This document shows, piece by piece, positions 1-8,708 of a stretch of DNA of 63,984 nt. The position numbers were made by a program, and so were the translations under genes. Source of the DNA: a virus (Duplodnaviria; Caudoviricetes); IMG/VR virus record IMGVR_UViG_3300035002_000032, positions 1 to 63,984 of that record; one strand, given 5' to 3'. Numbering within the stretch: the stretch's first letter is position 1; the number at the start of each line of letters is the position of its first letter. Under the pieces are notes generated by a model. That model was not told the origin of the DNA, made no database searches, and saw only the letters and a list, made by a program, of their open reading frames with translations.

Positions 1-1155
1 TCAACTAGCGTTCTTTTTCTCCAAATCCGTCCGTCTTCCGGTCCCTTCCGCCAACTTACCCGACCACGCCAGCGGATCCTGCCACCAAGGCAGTGCCCGC
101 CAGACAGCCGGCACCGGCAGTTTGTTGATCGCCTCGATGAGTGGCGCCTGCGGCACGTTGGTGTAGTGGCGGGACATGTCGTCCGCGGCGTGACCGAGGA
201 TCTGATCCTTGATGTGAGGGTGAACACCGGCAATCACCAGGCCCGTCGAGGCCGTGTGGCGGCCGGTGTAGGGCGCCACGTCCTTAATTCCACTTCTGCG
301 GCGAGCGCCCTGTATGGCTGTCTTCAGCCCGCCGCCGCCGCCCTCGACGGGCGGATACGGCTCGCCGCGTGGTGCCCGGAACAATCGACCGTCCTCAGCA
401 AGCGCATTGCGCTTTAGCAGCGACTCGAACAGCGGCACAAGAAATTCATGCATCGGTATGCCGCGCGGCTCGCCGGTCTTGGACTTCTCGAGCGTAATCC
501 ATCGTCCCTTGACATTCACTTCGTCGGCCAGGAGCGCAAATAGTTCGATTGGCCGCATGCCTGTGTAGAACAGCGCAGTCATGATCATGGCCGGCGCGGG
601 CGACATCGCGGCAACGAACTTTGCGGCGTGCTCATACTCGACAGGGAACGTGCCTGCGCGGCGTTTCGTCAGGCGTACGACATTCGTGCCCTTCGGCTTG
701 CGCGGACGCTTCCACTTGCGCGCCATGTTAGGCTCGTCGGCAAAGGCGTGGTTCCACACGGCGATGAAGGGAGTATAAACCTGCCGGTTGAGGGTTTCGG
801 GCTGCGCCGCAGGATGCAAATCGCGCGCTGCCTTGTCCAATTCGACTTGGCCGATCGTCGACAGCAGCGTCTCATTGAAGTGCGGCACCAATCCGCCCTC
901 CGAACCATCCGCCTTGACGTCCAGAAGGAAACGCAAAGAGCCGCCAGCTGCGGCATAATCCTCGACGGCCTGGCGGAACGTGACAACCGACGCTTTACCG
1001 TAGACGCTCTCGTCTAGGAGGCGTTTTTCAGTTTTGATACGGATGGCTTCCGCGAGCGACTTATCGCGAGTTCCCGTAGTTTGGAAGACGCTGTTGCCGC
1101 GTACCGTGCCGCGGATGTACCAGGTCTTGCCGCGCTTGAGGAGTTTGAGTCCCAT
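1..1155 (-). CDS. int: Tyrosine recombinase / phage integrase
   Basis: TGMRPIE (catalytic R), YTGRHT (HxxR-like), LGHA and RHY (catalytic Y) motifs. Confidence 0.95.
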   Translation of the reverse strand: MGLKLLKRGKTWYIRGTVRGNSVFQTTGTRDKSLAEAIRIKTEKRLLDESVYGKASVVTFRQAVEDYAAAGGSLRFLLDVKADGSEGGLVPHFNETLLSTIGQVELDKAARDLHPAAQPETLNRQVYTPFIAVWNHAFADEPNMARKWKRPRKPKGTNVVRLTKRRAGTFPVEYEHAAKFVAAMSPAPAMIMTALFYTGMRPIELFALLADEVNVKGRWITLEKSKTGEPRGIPMHEFLVPLFESLLKRNALAEDGRLFRAPRGEPYPPVEGGGGGLKTAIQGARRRSGIKDVAPYTGRHTASTGLVIAGVHPHIKDQILGHAADDMSRHYTNVPQAPLIEAINKLPVPAVWRALPWWQDPLAWSGKLAEGTGRRTDLEKKNAS

Positions 1156-1334
1156 ACCAATGCCTCACGTAGTTGCGCCAGTTGGCCGGCAGTAAATAGA
1201 ATCTTGCGGCCGGAAACCATACACAGGCCGTGTCGCTTGCCCTCCTTGGCAATTCCGCGCGGCGTCATACGCATCGCCTCGGCCGCCTCGTCGAGCGTGT
1301 AGACGCGCTCGAGGTTATCATTATCCGCCTTCAT
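1014..1334 (-). CDS. Excisionase-like HTH protein, overlapping the int start
   Basis: YTLDEAAEAMRMTPR...GRKILFT resembles the MerR/Xis HTH; directly upstream of int; begins MKADNDN. Confidence 0.7.
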   Translation of the reverse strand: MKADNDNLERVYTLDEAAEAMRMTPRGIAKEGKRHGLCMVSGRKILFTAGQLAQLREALVWDSNSSSAARPGTSAARYAATASSKLRELAISRSRKPSVSKLKNAS

Positions 1335-1555
1335 CCCGCCTCCTTCCCAGCCTTGAGGACTGCGCGGCCGGCGGGGGTGAACTGTTTGGGCCAGTCTCTT
1401 AACGAGACGAGAAACGGCGCGCATCCTGTGCGTCGGGCAACCACGTAGTTTTCCACGACACCCATGACGCGAATCGTGGCGTCAGCAGAGAAGCCGGTCG
1501 GGCTGACCTTGTGCCACTTGCTGCCGATTGCGGGCGCCTCCGTCAGCCTGCTCAT
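1331..1555 (-). CDS. Hypothetical phage protein
   Basis: ATGA-coupled to both neighbours in the leftward operon. Confidence 0.55.
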   Translation of the reverse strand: MSRLTEAPAIGSKWHKVSPTGFSADATIRVMGVVENYVVARRTGCAPFLVSLRDWPKQFTPAGRAVLKAGKEAG

Positions 1556-2097
1556 CCCGCACCCCCTTTAAGGGCGCGAGCGACACCTTCCGCCAACGCT
1601 AGCCACTTCTTCTTCGTTGCCTTCGGCGTGATGTCCCACGGCGTAAGGTTCTTGCTGGATTGTAGGGTCTCGCGCAGATATCGACCCGCTGCGTCGATGT
1701 TCCGGGGATCAGCCTCCAGCGCTTCGTCTCGCACGCTTACCCCAACCGGTGAGGTGAGGGCGGCGCGGGCTTTTTCTCCCAAAAGATGCAAGTCGCCATA
1801 GGTGAGGCTGCCCGCCGTGATAGTCCACCCTTTGGGGAGATTTGCGTACCAATCCAGCGCCGACCGCATCCGCGCGACCTCGGCCTCTGCACGGGCTAGA
1901 TGCCCCTGCGCATATCCGTAGTTCAGATCAACTGCCTCGCTCGCTATTTCAAGATCACGCTGCACCCGCGCCAACTGCTCGCGGAGGGAGGCGGCATCCC
2001 GCAGCAGTTTCAAATCTGCCACGGACTGATCATAGTCGCGGTAGAAATCGCCACATTCTATTGTCGTCACGACATCGGCTAACGTGCGCTCAGCCAT
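1552..2097 (-). CDS. Hypothetical coiled-coil phage protein
   Basis: Coupled ORF; AAGGAG RBS before MAERT. Confidence 0.55.
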   Translation of the reverse strand: MAERTLADVVTTIECGDFYRDYDQSVADLKLLRDAASLREQLARVQRDLEIASEAVDLNYGYAQGHLARAEAEVARMRSALDWYANLPKGWTITAGSLTYGDLHLLGEKARAALTSPVGVSVRDEALEADPRNIDAAGRYLRETLQSSKNLTPWDITPKATKKKWLALAEGVARALKGGAG

Positions 2098-2506
2098 TGC
2101 TGTTGCCCTCCTTGGGTGAGGCGGCAAGCATAGCGCGGTAGGCGTCAGCGGCCTCGTTCCCTGTGACGATTAGAGAGGCGGTGTCGGGCAGGATGGCTAG
2201 ACCGCCTGCTCGTTTCATTGCCTCTGTCGGCTCTTCCGGCACGAGCCGCCACCCCTGCTGTACGGGGTGGGTGAAGAGAGGCACATACCCGTCCTGCTCA
2301 TCACGGAACAGGAGTGTGTTGTAGGCATTGCGCCGTGTCAGATATTCGAGGTCTTTCGGGTCGACCCAAGCGACCGCCTCCCGTGGTGCTGCGGCGAGGG
2401 CTGCGGAGATGAAGGGCAACAGTGCTTCGGCAAGCGCGCCGGCCGCAAGCGAATGAGAGCCGTCAACTCGACGGATTTCCTGCGCAAGAGCGTCAACGGT
2501 CAGCAT
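2090..2506 (-). CDS. Hypothetical phage protein
   Basis: Typical phage EAVAW and VPEEPTEAM...YRAMLAA modules; GGAGG RBS before MLTVD. Confidence 0.65.
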   Translation of the reverse strand: MLTVDALAQEIRRVDGSHSLAAGALAEALLPFISAALAAAPREAVAWVDPKDLEYLTRRNAYNTLLFRDEQDGYVPLFTHPVQQGWRLVPEEPTEAMKRAGGLAILPDTASLIVTGNEAADAYRAMLAASPKEGNSNG

Positions 2507-3200
2507 CGGTCTTCTTCCTCCAATACTCGGCGGCAGCACGAGCAACATTGCCCTCCACAACACCGGAGCAGTTAACCGCAGGGCATCCGATGTGTTTGGC
2601 CACATCCCAATCTAGCGGTCGCTTGTCCTCCCACCACGCGGTTGCCGCATTAACCATCGTCATCGCTTCGGCAAGGTCTGCACGCAGCGAGGCGGCTTCT
2701 GCTTCGGCTTCGTTCCAGTGCTGCCGGAACAACTCGACTTCGTTGTTGAGACTTTGCGCGTCTCCCGCGTGCAACTGGATATGCTGCTCCAAACCTGCCA
2801 CCTTTGCATGCAGCGAGGCGATTTCCGCCTGGTCTCGCTTCCGCGCTTCTTCGATCTCATAGCGCAGCCGCTTTGTGGTGTACCGGGGCTGTTCGCTGGA
2901 ATCGATCTCACGGAGATGGGCCAGTTTGGTGCGCAGCGAGGCGATGGTGTCGAGAAGGGCGCGGATGTTCTCGGGAGAGCAGCGGGCTATGTGGGTGGCG
3001 TTTTTCTTATGCCTCGCCTTTGATCGGAAGCTGTCATCAAATCCGGACCAACTAACAACAGGCGCGCGCTCGCCGCATTGGATTTCGTTGATGACGTTCA
3101 TGCCGTGGCGCAGGGGCGCGCAATAGTGGACCCAAGGCCCCGGTGTCACGCCCTCCAGCCCGGCCCGCAGTTCCCGCTCAAGCTCTTCGGTGCCCATCAC
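2493..3200 (-). CDS. Ead/Ea22-like phage protein
   Basis: GVTPGPW...NATHIARCSPENIRALLD signature followed by coiled coil. Confidence 0.65.
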   Translation of the reverse strand: MMGTEELERELRAGLEGVTPGPWVHYCAPLRHGMNVINEIQCGERAPVVSWSGFDDSFRSKARHKKNATHIARCSPENIRALLDTIASLRTKLAHLREIDSSEQPRYTTKRLRYEIEEARKRDQAEIASLHAKVAGLEQHIQLHAGDAQSLNNEVELFRQHWNEAEAEAASLRADLAEAMTMVNAATAWWEDKRPLDWDVAKHIGCPAVNCSGVVEGNVARAAAEYWRKKTDADR

Positions 3201-3460
3201 GCCGCCTTCCTGTTCCGCGTCCGACCGCGATTGTCATTGGCCGCGCGCCAGCGCCTGCCGCCGACATCCATTCCGGTAATCCGCGCGATCTCGCGCCCAA
3301 CTTCTCGAGCGCGGCGCGCAATGTCACGATGATAGTCGCTGTGCTCTCGCAACGCGATTGCTGCGTTGAACTTCGCGATTGAAAAGAACACAGCAGGCGT
3401 CGAGCCCTCCGCGATTGCTTCGCGGGCGGTGAGCATGGTTGGGCAGTTGGCGGCGGTCAT
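3197..3460 (-). CDS. Small hypothetical protein ending in an SsrA-tag-like tail (AANDNRGRTRNRKAA)
   Basis: GGAGG RBS, coupled to neighbours. Confidence 0.6.
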   Translation of the reverse strand: MTAANCPTMLTAREAIAEGSTPAVFFSIAKFNAAIALREHSDYHRDIARRAREVGREIARITGMDVGGRRWRAANDNRGRTRNRKAA

Positions 3461-4578
3461 GCGATCCTCCATGTTGCGCCGTGCAACGCACGGTTGGCGT
3501 CGACTTGTGATTGGCTGTTGGTATTGGCGGCTAACCGCTCACGAACCACCGCAAGCGCCGAATTGCCCTGACGGACCCGAAATGCGAGTGGCCTCAATTC
3601 GGCCGGAAGCCGCGGAACTGCTACCGTTGCAAACTCCTTCTGCGCAAGGTTGTCGTTAGCGACAACAAAAGCAGCGAGGTTTTGTGCTGTTTGGTGCAGG
3701 CCCATCTCAATGGCCGCAGCATACTCGCGCGCTGCCTTTGCGTCAGGCTCGTCCAACAACGAAAGAACATCATCCAGTTCGCCACTCAACACGAGCGCAA
3801 GAACGTTCTTCTCCTGCAAAATGGAATCCTTGGCGCGGCGCTTGAGAACGTAATCGTCACCCTTGGCCTTCACCCACAAGCCACTATCGAACCGTACCAC
3901 GAAGCCCTCGGAGCCTTGAATTGAGCGCGCGTAAGCGAGGAAGTCAGCCGCGTTGGTGTGTCGCGGGACGTGGTGGGTGACGTAGCCAAGGTGCATATCC
4001 TTGGCCCAATCGGTGCACACTGATGGCGGATAGTAGAAACCGTCATCGTGCCGGCGAATGGCCAAAAGAGTCAGTGCCGATTCCTCGTATCGGACCACGA
4101 TCCGATTGTCGGGAGCAGTCCACTCGAAGATAGGTGTAGCCGGGTGCGATGCCTCCAACAAAAGGCGGCACATATAAGCCAGCCGATCGGTCAAATGCCT
4201 CTCCGCCTTCCGCGCTACATCCGTACGACCCATGCGCGTCATGAACACGACTTCGCCATTGACGATCGCCGGATGAATCATACTGCCGTCCAACTTGTCC
4301 ATGATGACGTGCGGCTGGCTGAAATCGATCTTGTCCGGCTGCGTGTCCGGTTTCTCGCCGGCATTGAAGAACTTGTGCAGCGGCCTGGCTAGCACCGAAC
4401 CGTCCGGCGCAAACTTGATGCCTCGGCACTCGACGCGCGCCGGATGTTTGAACGTATCCTCGCCGGCAAAGACGTAGTCGATAACGCTGTAACCGTCCTT
4501 GTCGGCAACCACGAAGTCCTTGCGGCCCTCGATGTGCGGAAGGACGTCGTTAATGTGGGAGATATGGAAGTGGGTCAT
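3457..4578 (-). CDS. T4 Rnl1-like RNA ligase
   Basis: ECRGIKF, HKFFN, motif I KLDGS, IFEW, EGFVV, KAK; likely start MTHFH at 4578. Confidence 0.9.
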   Translation of the reverse strand: MTHFHISHINDVLPHIEGRKDFVVADKDGYSVIDYVFAGEDTFKHPARVECRGIKFAPDGSVLARPLHKFFNAGEKPDTQPDKIDFSQPHVIMDKLDGSMIHPAIVNGEVVFMTRMGRTDVARKAERHLTDRLAYMCRLLLEASHPATPIFEWTAPDNRIVVRYEESALTLLAIRRHDDGFYYPPSVCTDWAKDMHLGYVTHHVPRHTNAADFLAYARSIQGSEGFVVRFDSGLWVKAKGDDYVLKRRAKDSILQEKNVLALVLSGELDDVLSLLDEPDAKAAREYAAAIEMGLHQTAQNLAAFVVANDNLAQKEFATVAVPRLPAELRPLAFRVRQGNSALAVVRERLAANTNSQSQVDANRALHGATWRIA

Positions 4579-4708
4579 ACGGCTCACCAAAAGAACTGTC
4601 GAGAACAGGGATTGCACCGGAATGCGATTGTCTTGCCGCCGGCACCGCGCAATCTCTGAACTCTGCGATGCGCTACGCGACACCACAAAAGTCGCCACCA
4701 TGGATGGT

Positions 4709-5647
4709 TCACGCCGCCATCCTCGCTTCCGTCGTCCGCGCATCCACCACCGTAACCTGCGGCAGGCCATCTCCAGCCATTACGTCCTTAAGCACCGACT
4801 GCATGCGTTCGTGGTGAACCTCAACAAGCGTTTTGTCACCAATCTTGACTTCGTTACGCCACCCGCCGTCGCGCAACTTCTCCTCAAGCGGCCTGTCGAT
4901 AACGACATACCGCATGCCCGCTCCCTGTGGAGCCAAAGCCACACAAGCCAGTCGATCGCGGCGGCGCAAATTAGTGGCGTCAATTGTTACCGGCAGGCCG
5001 CTATCCAGCCTTGCCTTGGCAATGCGGTGTAGCGCCGCGAATACGTCGTCGTTGCGTTCCTGTGAGCGGAAGTCGCCGCAGTACTCCGCACGCAACTCGT
5101 CGCTCGACACGACCTCGCCGGAGGCGTTGTTCTCAAGCCAAGCCGACTTCCCGGCTCCACTCGGCCCAACCATAATCGTCAGCAGAGGGTTACAAATCGG
5201 CGCTGTCGTCTTCGAGACCTCCCAATTCGCCGTCACCTGAAAGCACGGCACGCCTTCGGCCCGCCACATATCGACCACACGCTGGCGGTCATCGTAGACC
5301 AGATCGGGGCGCTCGTACTCTTGGTTCAGCCAATACCGCTTCAACTCTACGTCAGGCGTGTTGTCGCCCTCAGCGCGCATGTGCTGGAGGTGGAGTGGAT
5401 CGATGTCGGCTTCGCACGCCAGCCACTGCTCAGTCTCGGCGCGCACTATATCGCTGCGGCCGCTCCAAATCCTGACGCGATGTCCAGCAGCAAGATGCGC
5501 CTTAAACGACGCGACAACATGCGGCACCGGCAGGTCGTCGACGCAGGTAGCAAAGAACGATTTCCAGTCGCGGCCGGCGCCGCGAACAAAGTGTGTGCGA
5601 TGGCTTATATCGGCCAGCGTGCCGTCGAGATCGAACACCACAAACAT
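4709..5647 (-). CDS. Polynucleotide kinase/3'-phosphatase (HAD phosphatase followed by P-loop kinase)
   Basis: FDLDGT, SGR and YDDR HAD motifs; GPSGAGKS and DATNL kinase motifs; likely start MFVVF. Confidence 0.9.
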   Translation of the reverse strand: MFVVFDLDGTLADISHRTHFVRGAGRDWKSFFATCVDDLPVPHVVASFKAHLAAGHRVRIWSGRSDIVRAETEQWLACEADIDPLHLQHMRAEGDNTPDVELKRYWLNQEYERPDLVYDDRQRVVDMWRAEGVPCFQVTANWEVSKTTAPICNPLLTIMVGPSGAGKSAWLENNASGEVVSSDELRAEYCGDFRSQERNDDVFAALHRIAKARLDSGLPVTIDATNLRRRDRLACVALAPQGAGMRYVVIDRPLEEKLRDGGWRNEVKIGDKTLVEVHHERMQSVLKDVMAGDGLPQVTVVDARTTEARMAA

Positions 5648-5683
5648 GAAAGGAGTCACCCTGTTTTCGGATAACTCCATTGC

Positions 5684-5708
5684 TAGGCGTTTTCGCCTAT
5701 AATGTCAA
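5684..5708 (-). promoter_or_regulatory. Leftward early promoter with repressor operator
   Basis: TTGACA on the minus strand with TAGGCGAAAACGCCTA (5684-5699) in the -35/-10 spacer. Confidence 0.8.
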
Positions 5709-5733
5709 GGCGGTTCCGCCTACCCGTACCCCG

Positions 5734-6402
5734 CTACGAACGACGTCGCGGTGCCGTAAGATAGGCGCCCATAACGACGCCAGTAATGGTGACTTCTTCG
5801 GCGTTGCCATCGTCGACGACAAGCGGCTTCTGATGCTCCGGGTCGTAAGAGCGCGGCATGAGGTTGATCGTGCCGTCACGCTCGACGACGTATTCTTTCA
5901 GCGACGCCTCATACAGGCCATCCTTGTTCCGCCGGGTCACCAGCACGTACTGCCCGTCTTCGGGGTGCAGGCCATTGGAGATCGTCGAGGCGACGAAAAC
6001 CACCGTGCCGTCCGGATAAATCCTGTTCATCGACGTGCCGCGGACGATGTAGCCCTGCAGGGGATAGTTCGGTGTGTCAGGATCCAGATAGACGGAAACC
6101 GGATATTGGGCATCATGATCCCATTCGACCGCCTCCCGCCAATAGCCGGCCTGTAGCTCGCCGACGATGACGACGGTTCGCGCCCTGGCATCCTCGGCCA
6201 GCGGCTCGACGCCAAGCCATTGGCCCAGCGTCATACCAGCCAACTCAGCAAGCTTCTGATTCGGCTCGGTCTTTGGTTCCTGTACGCCAAGCTCATATTT
6301 GGAAACCGTAGATTGATTCACGCCAATATGCTTTGCGAGTTGAGTCGTGCTCCAACCGAGGGAGGAACGCAACTCTTTAATCTTCTCGGCAATCGTTGGC
6401 AT
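5734..6402 (-). CDS. cI: CI-like repressor (XRE HTH plus S24 autopeptidase)
   Basis: N-terminal HTH (QLAKHIGVNQSTVSKYE), AG cleavage site, GTSM serine, SLK lysine. Confidence 0.9.
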   Translation of the reverse strand: MPTIAEKIKELRSSLGWSTTQLAKHIGVNQSTVSKYELGVQEPKTEPNQKLAELAGMTLGQWLGVEPLAEDARARTVVIVGELQAGYWREAVEWDHDAQYPVSVYLDPDTPNYPLQGYIVRGTSMNRIYPDGTVVFVASTISNGLHPEDGQYVLVTRRNKDGLYEASLKEYVVERDGTINLMPRSYDPEHQKPLVVDDGNAEEVTITGVVMGAYLTAPRRRS

Positions 6403-6436
6403 ACAAATACTCCGCCGCTTCAATGCCGCCCGCATA

Positions 6437-6552
6437 TATGCCAAAGCGCCTATGAAATCAAGGCGTTTTAGCCTAAATATTGATTTCTAAATGTTTCGGG
6501 CTAGGCGGTTTAGCATAACCCCGTTGACATGCTAGGCGAAAACGCCTAATGT
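6437..6552. promoter_or_regulatory. Genetic switch: four operator-like palindromes and a rightward promoter
   Basis: Operator variants at 6437-6452, 6460-6475, 6502-6517 and a consensus copy at 6533-6548; TTGACA (6524)-17 bp-TAATGT (6547). Confidence 0.85.
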
Positions 6553-6631
6553 GGGCGTGTAGTTAACGAATCGGGAATTTGAACCCGACCGGGCAACGCG
6601 AAAACAGCGTCCATCAGGAGATAAATCACAC

Positions 6632-6874
6632 ATGTCTGTGCAAGAGCGCGCCCGTGCCATGCGGGCCGATGGGGTCTCGTTTGCTGAAATAGCAAGCAGG
6701 TTAGGGGTTAGTCTCCAGTGGGCTTACAAGTGTGCCAGTGACGTTGTTGTTGCTGCCAAAGAGCGGAGTGACACCATCGTAAAGCACTTCACCAACAACG
6801 GCGGCTGCTCAACCCAAAGCAACCCGATCGCCATCCGGCTGCCGCGCATCCCTACGCTTCACGGAGCCGCATAA
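6632..6874 (+). CDS. Cro-like HTH protein
   Basis: SFAEIASRLGVSLQWAY HTH; divergent from cI; AGGAG RBS. Confidence 0.7.
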   Translation: MSVQERARAMRADGVSFAEIASRLGVSLQWAYKCASDVVVAAKERSDTIVKHFTNNGGCSTQSNPIAIRLPRIPTLHGAA

Positions 6875-7048
6875 ATGAAACGGCAGCCAATCGCGTTGGG
6901 GGAATGCGTGACAATACCAGGCATCATTGTCGGCGAAGCCAGCGCCAAGAACGGCTCGTATGTAGTGCAGTTCGAAGCCAAGGGCAAGGTGATGCATGAG
7001 GTTTTTAGCGCCGACGAGCTCAAGCGCGGCGCGGGAGCGGACCAATGA
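6875..7048 (+). CDS. Small hypothetical protein (57 aa, MKRQPIALGE...)
   Basis: Read by hand; fills the gap exactly and is ATGA-coupled to the next gene. Confidence 0.55.
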   Translation: MKRQPIALGECVTIPGIIVGEASAKNGSYVVQFEAKGKVMHEVFSADELKRGAGADQ

Positions 7049-7356
7049 GCGACGGACGCAAGGACGGTGCGGGCGGCAACAAACCAGACAACGAAATTGA
7101 CGACTGGTACTTCGGCTACGGCGACGTCGTCGAGCACCGCATGAACACCGACGTGTTCGGAGTGGTCATCGGGTTGGAGGGGTCGCTTGTGCATGTGCGG
7201 CTGTCACCCTCGCTGGCGGTTGCCAAGTACCACGACTGCGAGCTGCGGCCGATCGAAGACGACGAATACCGCGAGCCGGAAGGCGGCAACGTGGTGCGCG
7301 TGGACTTTACGAAGAGAGAGAAACTGGAAACCGCCAAGCCAAGAGGAGCGGCGTGA
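7045..7356 (+). CDS. Hypothetical SH3/KOW-like protein
   Basis: FGYGDVVEH...GVVIG pattern; coupled ORF. Confidence 0.55.
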   Translation: MSDGRKDGAGGNKPDNEIDDWYFGYGDVVEHRMNTDVFGVVIGLEGSLVHVRLSPSLAVAKYHDCELRPIEDDEYREPEGGNVVRVDFTKREKLETAKPRGAA

Positions 7357-8492
7357 TGGAAGCGGAGTTTAAGGTCGGGGATAGGGTGCGAGTTAAGAGA
7401 TTCGACGACAACGAGAGCGTGCGGGGAGCCATTGGTGAAATCGTGGTCAATGATGGCGATACTTATCGCCCGTTGAAGATTCGACTCGATAACCAAAACC
7501 TGGAAGGCGGGTCCATTTGGCGCAATCCAAGCGATTTGGAAAGCGCCCACAAGTTCAAGGTTGGGGATAGGGTGCGGGTAACTGATCCCCGTCTCCTTTG
7601 TGTCGGCACTCCGGTTGGGGCACTTGCCACAGTAACCCGCGTGCACGACAGCGGCACCATCAACTTCGACCTGGAGCACCCATCTCACGGCGTTATCGAT
7701 CAGATGCTGCTCAATCCGCATGAATATCTTGAGTTGGCTGCGCCGCTCCGCATCGAAGCTGGCAAGTTCTACAAGACCCGCGACGGCCGGAAGGTGGGGC
7801 CGATGGTGGCTGGTTGGGTCGGTTTTTATGACGCAAGACACCTGTACACCGGCTACGACTGGAACGAAGACGGCTCCTTCATCAAGGGTGATATCTGCAA
7901 TCTCGACCTCATCGAGGAATGGACGACTGCGGACGTATTCTCCCCGCCGTCCGACTGCGCCGAGTATGGTGCGCCCAAGACCGGTGAAACCAAGCCAAAG
8001 TTCAAGGTTGGGGATCGTGTTAGGGTTGTGAAGGATGGTTACCGTGAAGGCGGCGGGTCTGGCCACACAACTGAAATCGGCGCGCAGGTTACGCTGACAA
8101 GGTGGTGCGACCGGTTCCGGTCAACGACCGGCCAAGATTTCTATGAGCACGAAATCGAACTCGTCGCCCCCTCCACCCCAGCCATCGTCTGCCTGATCGA
8201 ACACGGCCAGCCGAAGCCAGCAACGCGCCCTTATGTTCACGCTGACCGCGCCAGTGCGGAACGCGAGGCCGCGCGGCTTGCCAAGATGAATACCGGACAG
8301 GAGTTCGGCGTGTACGAACTGGTGTCGACCGCCAAAGAGGCCAAGGTGCACGACCACGAATGGCAGCGGCTGGCGGTTGGTGGTGAGAAGATTTCCGCCA
8401 TTAAGGAACTGCGCAGCGGCACCGGCTTGACGCTCAAGGGTGCGAAAGACGCCATTGAGCACTGGATGTCGTTCTACATGGAAGCCGCCTAG
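7353..8492 (+). CDS. Mosaic protein with three KOW-like modules and a C-terminal L7/L12-CTD-like domain
   Basis: FKVGDRVRV three times; KISAIKELRSGTGLTLKGAKDAIE at the C-terminus. Confidence 0.7.
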   Translation: MMEAEFKVGDRVRVKRFDDNESVRGAIGEIVVNDGDTYRPLKIRLDNQNLEGGSIWRNPSDLESAHKFKVGDRVRVTDPRLLCVGTPVGALATVTRVHDSGTINFDLEHPSHGVIDQMLLNPHEYLELAAPLRIEAGKFYKTRDGRKVGPMVAGWVGFYDARHLYTGYDWNEDGSFIKGDICNLDLIEEWTTADVFSPPSDCAEYGAPKTGETKPKFKVGDRVRVVKDGYREGGGSGHTTEIGAQVTLTRWCDRFRSTTGQDFYEHEIELVAPSTPAIVCLIEHGQPKPATRPYVHADRASAEREAARLAKMNTGQEFGVYELVSTAKEAKVHDHEWQRLAVGGEKISAIKELRSGTGLTLKGAKDAIEHWMSFYMEAA

Positions 8493-8708
8493 ACCCCAAA
8501 ACCATAGTCCGTGGGTAGCAGCCACGTAATCAGCGGAACGAGGCCCCACAGGTTGCCGCTGGGGAAAACCCATTCTTCGGAATGACCGACCATAGCCAAG
8601 GTCGCGAATTGACGCGGGAGTGGGGCGTAAAACTAGGCGCCGGCACGCGCCTATCGTCCGCAAGCCGGAGATTGCTACCGGCACCATTCTTTTACAACGG
8701 AAAACAGG

